This document shows, piece by piece, positions 35,936 to 43,715 of a DNA stretch of 64,000 bases (positions are counted from its first letter, which is position 1; each line of letters opens with the position of its first letter). The notes beneath the pieces were generated by a model that was not told the origin of the DNA, made no database searches, and saw only the letters and a list, made by a program, of their open reading frames with translations. Source of the DNA: an uncultured Brevinematales bacterium (lineage in GTDB: Bacteria; Spirochaetota; Brevinematia; Brevinematales; CAYRWR01); contig CAYRWR010000006.1 in NCBI GenBank assembly GCA_964428015.1, positions 64,856 to 128,855 of the forward strand. Direction: 5' to 3'. Made by a program: the position numbers and the translations under genes.

Positions 35936-37564
35936 TTAAAATATAAAATCCGTCGACAAAAACGCGCTGTGGTCGTCCTTGACGATCTTGCTGACCAGGG
36001 TCTTGTTTTCCTCGGTCATCTTGGCGGACACCAGCGTCCGGATGGAAAACACACGCAGGGCGTCGGATACAGACAGCGTCCCTTCGGCGGAATCCTTGCG
36101 GCCCGTAAAGGGGAATACATCGGGTCCGCGCTGACACTGGCTGTTGAGATTGACCCGGCATACCTGGTTGACCAGGGGGTCTATGAGACGCGCGATCTGG
36201 GCGGGGTCCTGGCCGAACAGGCTGACCTGCTGGCCGTAGCGCGACTCGATCACGTAATTCACCGCTTCAGAGATATCCGAGAAGGGTACTATAGGCACCA
36301 GGGGGCCGAATTGTTCTTCATTATAGATGCGCATTTTAGCATTGACCGGATACAGCACCGCCGGAAAAAAGAAAGTCTCATTGACCTCTCCACCCCCGGG
36401 ATTTTTGACCTGGGCACCCAGGGACTGGGCATCCTGGATCAGTTCCGTGAGGTATTGCGGCTTGCCTTCCACCGGCAGGGGAGTGATTTTGACACCTTCC
36501 ACCCAGGGTACCCCCGGCTTGAGGGTATTGACCTTTTCCGCGAACAGCCGGGTGAACTCATCAGAGATACTTTTATGTACAAACAGGATCTTGAGGGCGG
36601 TACAGCGCTGGCCGTTGTAGGACAGGCTGCCCAGGACGGCTTCTTCCACGGATTTTTCCAGGTCGCAGTCGGGCAGGAAGATGCCCGCATTCTTGGCGCC
36701 CAGTCCCAGTACGCTTTTGAGCATGTGAGGCTTGGGGTGCTGATGCTTGAGGATGTCGGCTACCTTGGTACTGCCGATAAAAGCCAGCACGTCAATCTTG
36801 CCTGAGGTCATCAGCGGACCGATCACCGTTTCTCCCTCTCCGTATACGGTATTGACCACCCCGGCGGGAAAGGCGTCACGGTAGCATTCCAGCAGGGGCT
36901 GATGCAGGAGCACACCCAGCTTAGGCGGTTTAAAGATGACTACGTTGCCCATGATCAGAGCCGGGATGAGGGTGGTAAAGGTCTCGTTGAGCGGGTAGTT
37001 GTAGGGGCCCATACACAGCACCACGCCCAGGGGCGCGCGTCTGATCTGGGCCAGGATGCCCTCTTCGATCTCAAAGCGGGAGCTTTTGCGGTCCAGGTCC
37101 TTGAGGGCGTCTATGGTATCGCGGATGTAGTCCACGGTACGGTCGAATTCTTTCTCGCTGTCTTTCAGGGATTTTCCGATCTCCCACATCAGGAGACGCA
37201 CGATCTCGGTACGTTTTTCCACCATGCGCCTGGCGAAGTCTTCTACGTGGCGGATGCGGTCTGCGGTAGACATCGTAGGCCATTGCCCACGGCCCTTGTC
37301 ATAGGCGGCGACCGCCGCGTCCAGGGCTTCCAGGCTGGTCTTTCCATCCATGAGGGGAGATTTACCCACCAGTACTTTTTTCGGTTTTCCATTGACGGTG
37401 ACCCGCACGCAGGAGTAGACATCATCCAGCGCGCCATCCAGTTTTTTGATTTTTCCATTGATAAGGGCATGATCCTGGATGAGAGGGACGGGGAGGCGGT
37501 GGACTTCGGGGATATCATTTATTTCCGGGAAAATATCCTGGACGATCTTGCTGATTTCAGACAT
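35936..37564 (-). CDS. Aldehyde dehydrogenase superfamily protein (long GapN-like type)
   Basis: 542 aa. FKPPKLGVL, nucleophile context YNGQRCTALK, EEQFGPLVPIV. The LELGGK-equivalent segment reads VLGLGAKN. Confidence 0.9.
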   Translation of the reverse strand: MSEISKIVQDIFPEINDIPEVHRLPVPLIQDHALINGKIKKLDGALDDVYSCVRVTVNGKPKKVLVGKSPLMDGKTSLEALDAAVAAYDKGRGQWPTMSTADRIRHVEDFARRMVEKRTEIVRLLMWEIGKSLKDSEKEFDRTVDYIRDTIDALKDLDRKSSRFEIEEGILAQIRRAPLGVVLCMGPYNYPLNETFTTLIPALIMGNVVIFKPPKLGVLLHQPLLECYRDAFPAGVVNTVYGEGETVIGPLMTSGKIDVLAFIGSTKVADILKHQHPKPHMLKSVLGLGAKNAGIFLPDCDLEKSVEEAVLGSLSYNGQRCTALKILFVHKSISDEFTRLFAEKVNTLKPGVPWVEGVKITPLPVEGKPQYLTELIQDAQSLGAQVKNPGGGEVNETFFFPAVLYPVNAKMRIYNEEQFGPLVPIVPFSDISEAVNYVIESRYGQQVSLFGQDPAQIARLIDPLVNQVCRVNLNSQCQRGPDVFPFTGRKDSAEGTLSVSDALRVFSIRTLVSAKMTEENKTLVSKIVKDDHSAFLSTDFIF

Positions 37565-37645
37565 GGGGGTCTCCTTGCGGTAGATTATAGGGATATAGTA
37601 AGACAGAATGATTTTTTTCGCAAAAAGGGGCGGGGAGAACTTAAG

Positions 37646-37685
37646 ACAGGATTTACAGGATTTACAGGATTTGCAGGATTTGCAG
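37646..37685. repeat. Tandem 9-bp repeat, about 4.4 units
   Basis: ACAGGATTT ACAGGATTT ACAGGATTT GCAGGATTT GCAG. It lies about 80-120 nt upstream of the ALDH start; a TATAAT on the minus strand is at 37584-37589. Confidence 0.85.
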
Positions 37686-37748
37686 TATGGGGAGGTTTGG
37701 GTTTCTCTCAGTCTTCGGTCTGATTATTCAGACAAGGGACTAGGAAAA

Positions 37749-37784
37749 GGGTCTCGCAAAGGTACAAAGGGCACGGAGGAAAGG
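37749..37784. repeat. Dispersed element, copy B
   Basis: GGGTCTCGCAAAGGTACAAAGGGCACGGAGGAAAGG. By manual alignment, 25 of 29 core positions are identical to copy C at 39922-39956, in the same orientation. Confidence 0.55.
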
Positions 37785-37799
37785 CGGGATTTTCGGGAA

Positions 37800-38048
37800 T
37801 TAGAGGATAGGGGCGCCTGCCTCATCAAAACTATTATCCCCTGTGCCCACCCAGGTATAATTGATATCCAGTCCATGATGTACCCTGGAATAACTGGAGT
37901 TACCGGTGTTTCTATGACCAAAATCTGAAGCAACTGAGATTCTATCAGGTTTTGAAAGAGGTAATCCTATTTTCCAATCAGAGTAAGCCTGTTCAGAAAA
38001 TAAACTGAAAATTAAAAAAAAATAATATGTGTCTTGCTTGCTTAATAC
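37800..38048 (-). pseudogene. Truncated M23-peptidase-like gene fragment with no start codon
   Basis: The minus-strand frame reads ...YYFFLIFSLFSEQAYSDWKIGLPLSKPDRISVASDFGHRNTGNSSYSRVHHGLDINYTW...DEAGAPIL*. This matches the FG.R....H.G.D opening of Peptidase_M23, but the frame stops before the rest of the domain. No ATG/GTG/TTG start. The 5' end overlaps the upstream gene's stop codon. Confidence 0.4.
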
Positions 38049-39823
38049 TCATATCCTATCCTCTCAACTAAAGAATACTTTTCCCATGAAAGTATGGATA
38101 TATTGCCATTAGCATCAATTATTACACCACCACGAAAATCAGAACTTCGAGCTTTTATAATACCTATAACATCATATTTATTGTTTAATACTACAAAAAT
38201 CCTACCTAGTATATTATTACTTATTCGTTTATCAAAATATGAACCCTGCAACAAAAATATATTAGCTTTTTCACTAAATGCAATCAAATTTCCAGACAAT
38301 GACCTTCCCATTGTGTTTAATTGAAATGAAGCCGGGGGATATTTAATTGAATCAATATAAATTTCTTTGTTTTTATACACATTATATAATTGAGAATCGT
38401 TTTCGAGAGGAAAATTTATTATGAAAGAGCCTTGTGCTTTTTGATACTTTCTAAAATCGTTAATATTTTTCTTTATATAAGTTGTATTTCCTTTGATATA
38501 TATAGTTAACATATTAGTGTCAGTAATCACCGCTTTATACACAGATATGGATATCAACTTATCATCTTTCAGTTTAAAGACGTTAAATGTAGGTGAAAAA
38601 ATATTGGCACAATATGGAATATTCATCTCCAAGGAAATTTTTCCGTTCTTGAAGGTACCAGTGTTTCGTTTATTTTTTATATAATTTTCAAGGAAGAATT
38701 CAAAAGAAAAAGTGCCTGAAAATGTTGTCTGGTATACTTTTTTAAAATCAAAACCCCTTGACCAGAGAGTTAATTTTACAATTTCTTTGAGTTTTAAGTC
38801 TCCTATCTTGTTTTCCAGATATTCTATAGTGTCTATTAGCTGTTTATATTCCGCAATTTTATACTCCAATTCTATACGGGCTTTTGCATATTCCCTGGGT
38901 ACAAATATTTCAGCTACTGCATACATTCCGTAAAAATTTTCTACTATTTTTTTTGTATAGTGATATTCCTGACCTTCAATATTAGTAATAATTTCATCGA
39001 AAATATTATATTCTTTACCTACTATCTCATCTATGGATTTTATCTGATTTTTATAAAAAATAACTTTTTTACCTTTCTGTTCCCCAAAAACAACTGTCTC
39101 AGTTAAATCAGCTTGGGGATCAAACACATCCATGATGATTTCTTTCCTGTCCAATAAATTAATATTAGTCCATATCCGGGTTAGATCAATATTTGTGATT
39201 CCAGTGTATCCCACCCCTTTCGCCACCAGTTGTGTGGTATCAATCCCCTCCGCTTCGATCCACCCTTCCTTTCCCGCCTTCGATACCACGAAGAAGCGTT
39301 CGCCATTGCCCTTGAGTACGCGCATGGTGTCGCCCTTGGCCACCTGGTCTACTACCTTGCTCTCCAGCCCGTCGTCATACAAGGAGACCGGGGCGGTCAG
39401 TTTGAAGACATTGTCCTTGGTGTTGAAGAACAGCTCGGGCTGCCAGGGGGTGAGGCTGGCGGATGCCACCCAGCCGCCCACCGGACGCACTTGGGAGGTC
39501 TTGGTGTCACGGACACTGCCCTCCACATAGGCCCAGCTGTCCCGGGTGTCGTAGAGGGTGACCTTGTCGTACTTCATGAATTGCTCCAGGAAGGCGGTAT
39601 TTGTGGAGACGCCGCTTGATAGTTGGGCCTGGTCCAGGTCGTACACCCGGACGTTGTTGGTGTTTATGTACATGACTCGGGGAGAGGATTTGTCTACCTT
39701 GAGCTTGTGTGCGATCAGGGATTGGGACTTTGCCGGTGCCGAATGGGTCTCCGCCTTGGGCTGTCCGCAGGAGGCGAGGATGGCTGCAATGAGGATGAGG
39801 GTGGTTTTGAGGGACTGTCGCAT
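38042..39823 (-). CDS. Lipoprotein with a GC-rich SH3b-like N-terminal part and an AT-rich Asn/Lys/Ile/Tyr-rich C-terminal part (apparent chimera)
   Basis: ATG at 39823 (MRQSLKTTLILIAAILASCGQ, lipobox) with GGAG upstream. SH3b-like AYVEGSV...GGWVASASL and GKEGWIEAEGI. The frame stays uninterrupted through a composition break near 39200. Confidence 0.7.
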   Translation of the reverse strand: MRQSLKTTLILIAAILASCGQPKAETHSAPAKSQSLIAHKLKVDKSSPRVMYINTNNVRVYDLDQAQLSSGVSTNTAFLEQFMKYDKVTLYDTRDSWAYVEGSVRDTKTSQVRPVGGWVASASLTPWQPELFFNTKDNVFKLTAPVSLYDDGLESKVVDQVAKGDTMRVLKGNGERFFVVSKAGKEGWIEAEGIDTTQLVAKGVGYTGITNIDLTRIWTNINLLDRKEIIMDVFDPQADLTETVVFGEQKGKKVIFYKNQIKSIDEIVGKEYNIFDEIITNIEGQEYHYTKKIVENFYGMYAVAEIFVPREYAKARIELEYKIAEYKQLIDTIEYLENKIGDLKLKEIVKLTLWSRGFDFKKVYQTTFSGTFSFEFFLENYIKNKRNTGTFKNGKISLEMNIPYCANIFSPTFNVFKLKDDKLISISVYKAVITDTNMLTIYIKGNTTYIKKNINDFRKYQKAQGSFIINFPLENDSQLYNVYKNKEIYIDSIKYPPASFQLNTMGRSLSGNLIAFSEKANIFLLQGSYFDKRISNNILGRIFVVLNNKYDVIGIIKARSSDFRGGVIIDANGNISILSWEKYSLVERIGYEY

Positions 39824-39921
39824 ACAACGGCTCCGGCGGTTATTTTTAGATATTGTAGCGGAGAAGGGCTGATGGGTCAAAAAAGTAACGGGGAGTTGTT
39901 AAGACTGGGGAGCTCTGAAAT

Positions 39922-39956
39922 TGGTCTCACAAAGACACAAAGGGCGCGGAGAAGAG
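39922..39956. repeat. Dispersed element, copy C
   Basis: TGGTCTCACAAAGACACAAAGGGCGCGGAGAAGAG. Confidence 0.55.
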
Positions 39957-40330
39957 TTAAAAAATAGGGTATGTTGCTACTTAGGTTATTTGTGAAAAAA
40001 ACGAGCCTGAGACATTTACAGAAAATACATGCTAACCACAAATATCTCTTAGACGCCCTTTTGATGCCCTGGCCATCCACGAGGTATCATACACCCCAGC
40101 CTCTTCCCCTGAGGGGCGTATACCCTAAATTGCACTCACCTGCAGCGAAGCGGAAGGCATAGCCCCGATTCCTGCCTGAACCTTCTCATACCGACCATGC
40201 ATCATGGGCGCTAGAAGGGCGTTTTTCTTTGCGAGCGTTTCTTTTGGGGGACCTGGCCAAAAGAAATGCGGAAAACCCGCTTCCGTTCGGCCAACGGAAA
40301 AAGTCCTCCCCGACCAGGGGCATTCCTGGG

Positions 40331-40397
40331 TTAAAGGAGATCCTCCACTTCGATGCGCGCTCGCTTACTCAGCACAAGCACTTCATTCAGGATGACA
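40331..40397. repeat. Short dispersed intergenic element, copy R2
   Basis: TTAAAGGAGATCCTCCACTTCG-(about 33 nt)-TTCAGGATGACA. Both ends match R1 at 22732-22766. Confidence 0.5.
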
Positions 40398-40430
40398 AAC
40401 TAAAGTTGAAAATTTGCAGACAAGAAAGAG

Positions 40431-41345
40431 TTATTTCCCATTATCAAAATCTTGATAAGCATCGGCCAGATAATCCCTCACCCCTTTCCAAAGTATCCCC
40501 GGCACAGCGGCCTTCAGATCAGTAAGCCGCTGGTCCGGTACCGTTATGCGGGAGAGGTTGAAACCTTCTTTCAGGACCATAAACTTCAGAATTCGGGATT
40601 GTATAGCCCGTCTGTGGCAGCCGTACAGGCAACGCATGCACATGACACATTGATTTGTAAAATCTGGTTTATCTTGTCTCATAACAATATTCAGCTGAGG
40701 GCAATTACTGGCGCACCACCCACAGGCATCACAATCTTCATTGGCATACAGGCTTTTCCCGAAATGGGGAGCTCCGAATTGTTCCAGGTGACTGATCCAG
40801 GCAAACAGCCAGCCCAAGAAATGAAAAGGGGTACGCTGGGATTTCAATTGTATGATGGATTGAGCAGTTCTGCCGGTCTTATAGGGGAGTACCCGGAGCA
40901 GTTCACTGGCGGCGCGGACAGGGGTAGAGGTGATCCAGTTGGCGGGCATAATGTACATTTCTTCCAGAAAGACTATGGCCCTTTTCTTGGACAGACTACG
41001 GATCACCCTCCTGCGGCAGGCTGTATTGGGCCAGACTTCTCCGCCGCCGCTCACGGAAATCACCACGGCCGGCAGATGATCCAGTTCGGGCAGGCCTTTG
41101 ATCCAGCTATGCACAGGGAGGGGCGCGTCCATGGCGTGGACAGCATAGAGCAGTACCAGGGCTGAAATCGGTTTTTCATGGATATTGATTTGATTTTGTG
41201 ACGAGACAGATTTATCCAGAGGATGCAGTATTACCGGTTTTCCTCTGTCATTCAGGGATTGAGCCAGGGACTGCGCGGCTAGTCTGGTGCCGCCCGTGCC
41301 GGAAAAATAGACGATCAGGACAGGAGCGTCTTCCTGTCTTTTCAT
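40431..41345 (-). CDS. Flavodoxin-like + 2x[4Fe-4S] ferredoxin fusion (EFR1-type)
   Basis: 304 aa. VLIVYFSGTGGTRLAAQSL (flavodoxin-like). CDACGWCASNCP and CVMCMRCLYGC cluster motifs. Confidence 0.8.
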   Translation of the reverse strand: MKRQEDAPVLIVYFSGTGGTRLAAQSLAQSLNDRGKPVILHPLDKSVSSQNQINIHEKPISALVLLYAVHAMDAPLPVHSWIKGLPELDHLPAVVISVSGGGEVWPNTACRRRVIRSLSKKRAIVFLEEMYIMPANWITSTPVRAASELLRVLPYKTGRTAQSIIQLKSQRTPFHFLGWLFAWISHLEQFGAPHFGKSLYANEDCDACGWCASNCPQLNIVMRQDKPDFTNQCVMCMRCLYGCHRRAIQSRILKFMVLKEGFNLSRITVPDQRLTDLKAAVPGILWKGVRDYLADAYQDFDNGK

Positions 41346-41788
41346 TCTTCTTCATCCAGGGAAATGATTTCATCATAGACGATTTCATTACCATCATCCT
41401 GATAAGGTAATAAAAAGCGGTATTCCTGATCCAGGCCCAGCGTGATCAGGATGGCGTTTGCGGTTTCTACCTCTGTGGCTAGAGAATAATCTGTCTCACT
41501 ATCCAGGTGAACATGACAAAATGTGACCCAGGAGCATATCTTCTTTTGTTTCAGTTCAGACACTGCCTGCTGGTGCAGAGACTGTAATGCTTTTTCCAAT
41601 GGTATGGATTCTTGACCCGGCGGGATGTGGTATACCAGGGAGCGCAAGGTATGGTCCTGCTCTTCTACTATACCCGCAGGCTCGTAAAATCCTTCCAGTT
41701 GGGATTCCTTAAAAAAATCCAGTGCTTCCAGGTAGATTTCTTCCAGCTGGTCCAGAGCCCGATGAGAGTCAAAAAATTTTTCATTCAT
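41342..41788 (-). CDS. Hypothetical acidic cytoplasmic protein
   Basis: 148-aa ORF with 4-nt overlaps to both neighbours (translational coupling). Confidence 0.6.
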   Translation of the reverse strand: MNEKFFDSHRALDQLEEIYLEALDFFKESQLEGFYEPAGIVEEQDHTLRSLVYHIPPGQESIPLEKALQSLHQQAVSELKQKKICSWVTFCHVHLDSETDYSLATEVETANAILITLGLDQEYRFLLPYQDDGNEIVYDEIISLDEEE

Positions 41789-42372
41789 TTTGCAATTACT
41801 CCATAGCTGATCAGTTGTTCATTGCTGAATCTCAGCCGGAGATAATCCGGTTCGATATTCCCTGAAGAATGGTATCCAAAACCAAGATAATAATACCAGT
41901 CACTTTTCTGCAATTTTTCCGGCACACCCAGCGCCTGAGTCAACTCTGTGAGAGTTTTCATACCGGAGAGTTCCGTCCGGATGAGGTCATCCACCATTTC
42001 ATAACGGGTCTCTTTGTTAGCCTGCCATTGAATGAGATCAAAGCGGCGTTTCAGAAATTGATCATATACCCAATTGGATATGGCTGTATTGTTGCTGAAC
42101 TGCACAGCCAGAAATTTACCGGTGGTCTGACTGTATCCGCAATACCAGGCCAGGATATTATCCTGGATGTATGTCAGGTCTGCTGCACCCAGGTTGCTGA
42201 GAATGGTTTCTTTGCTTTTACCCAGCAAAAGTTTTTGAGAAATCAAGAGGGGCTGAATCCTGCAGCGGTTATTGAGTGATTGGTTCCATTCTTTGAATAC
42301 ATCCCTGGTACAATTCTGGAGCAATACAGTGGCTGTCACAAAAAAAATAAAATAACACACATACTTATACAT
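41785..42372 (-). CDS. Hypothetical lipoprotein
   Basis: The ATG at 42372 follows GAGG; the track start at 42390 is TTG and overlaps rodA. MYKYVCYFIFFVTATVLLQNC looks like a lipobox. Confidence 0.6.
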   Translation of the reverse strand: MYKYVCYFIFFVTATVLLQNCTRDVFKEWNQSLNNRCRIQPLLISQKLLLGKSKETILSNLGAADLTYIQDNILAWYCGYSQTTGKFLAVQFSNNTAISNWVYDQFLKRRFDLIQWQANKETRYEMVDDLIRTELSGMKTLTELTQALGVPEKLQKSDWYYYLGFGYHSSGNIEPDYLRLRFSNEQLISYGVIAK

Positions 42373-42379
42373 CACTGCC

Positions 42380-43714
42380 TCAGTGTACAAAGCGATGGGA
42401 ATAAATATTGGAGACCAGGGCTGCCCCTATGATAAAGGTCAGGAAAGAAGAACCGCCGTAACTGATAAAAGGCAGAGGCAGTCCTGTCACTGGCGCCCAC
42501 CCCAGAGTCATTCCCACATTAATGATGAAATGGATAAAAAACATGGCAAAAATACCGGTGGCGATCAGCATTCCCTCTTTATCTTTGGCATTATTGATGG
42601 TTTTATTGATGTAGTAGAAATATGCCACGAAGAGTCCCATAATCAGGGAAGCACCCAGAAAACCGAGCTCTTCGCTGATAATGGAAAAGATAAAGTCCGT
42701 ACTTTTTTCAGGCAGGAATCCCAGGGTGTTCTGTGAACCGCGGAAAATACCTTTTCCCCGGAAGCGGCCTGATCCCACCGCGATCATACTCTGGATAATA
42801 TTATATCCCGCGCCCCAGCGGTCCAGTTCAGGGCTGACAAAAGCCAGTAGACGCTTCCACTGGTAGGGCTTCAATACCTTGATGGCTGTAGCTGAAAATA
42901 GGGATGTACTCCCGATAATCAAAGTGAAGGGAAGTATCTTGGATATGATCTTGACCGGGTGGAAAAAACCTATGATAATGGATACCAGAGAATACAGAAA
43001 GGTCACCAGTGTCACAGCCAGAAGAGTTGAAAAAGAGAATAATCCCTTGAAAAATGCCAGTTCTTTACCACCCATCTGCAGATAATAAAACTCATAATAA
43101 GCCCGGCCCAATACCAGTACTCCGGTGGCAGCGACTATTATCAGGATATAATTCAAAAACTTTTCATTATTCATGCCCATATAGCTCATGAACAGGAATA
43201 TCATAAAAAACACGATACCTGTGCCCAGGTCAGGCTGCAGCATAATCAGGCCCAGGGGGAGCAGCAGAATACCCAGGGAAATCAGAAAAGTCTGGATTTT
43301 CTTTTCACCCAGAGGGGCCCGCGATAGAAATTTCGCGTAGAACAGGATATAGAATAATTTCATAATTTCAGAGGGCTGTATTCCTAGTCCGCCCACACCC
43401 AGCCAGCTCTTGGCTCCCCGCACTTCTTTACCAAATACCAGGGTGATGATCAGCATCACGATTCCGGTGATATAAAAATACTCCCCAATTTCAGCCAGCT
43501 GGAAATAATCCACACTCAGGATAAAAATTGAAATTCCAAGCCCAATGATAAACCAGGTGAGCTGTTTGAAAAACTGACTTTCAAAAAAGGGACCAATAGT
43601 ACCATCTTCAGCTCTGATACCGGTACTATAGATGAATACCAGGCCGATAATAGATAGGACCAGAGGTATAACGATAAATCCATAGGAAACGTTTTTCAGA
43701 TTATCTTTTAACAT
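42380..43714 (-). CDS. rodA: SEDS-family peptidoglycan polymerase RodA
   Basis: 444 aa, polytopic. PSEIMKLFYILFYAKFL, GTGIVFFMIF, FIFSIISEELGFLG, TGLPLPFISYGGSS. Directly downstream of PBP2. Confidence 0.93.
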   Translation of the reverse strand: MLKDNLKNVSYGFIVIPLVLSIIGLVFIYSTGIRAEDGTIGPFFESQFFKQLTWFIIGLGISIFILSVDYFQLAEIGEYFYITGIVMLIITLVFGKEVRGAKSWLGVGGLGIQPSEIMKLFYILFYAKFLSRAPLGEKKIQTFLISLGILLLPLGLIMLQPDLGTGIVFFMIFLFMSYMGMNNEKFLNYILIIVAATGVLVLGRAYYEFYYLQMGGKELAFFKGLFSFSTLLAVTLVTFLYSLVSIIIGFFHPVKIISKILPFTLIIGSTSLFSATAIKVLKPYQWKRLLAFVSPELDRWGAGYNIIQSMIAVGSGRFRGKGIFRGSQNTLGFLPEKSTDFIFSIISEELGFLGASLIMGLFVAYFYYINKTINNAKDKEGMLIATGIFAMFFIHFIINVGMTLGWAPVTGLPLPFISYGGSSFLTFIIGAALVSNIYSHRFVH

Positions 43715-43715
43715 C

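Noticed and set aside
37646-37685. CRISPR-like array.
   Set aside because: The units are only 9 bp and directly abutting, with no spacers. No cas genes are present in the window. It is a simple tandem repeat.
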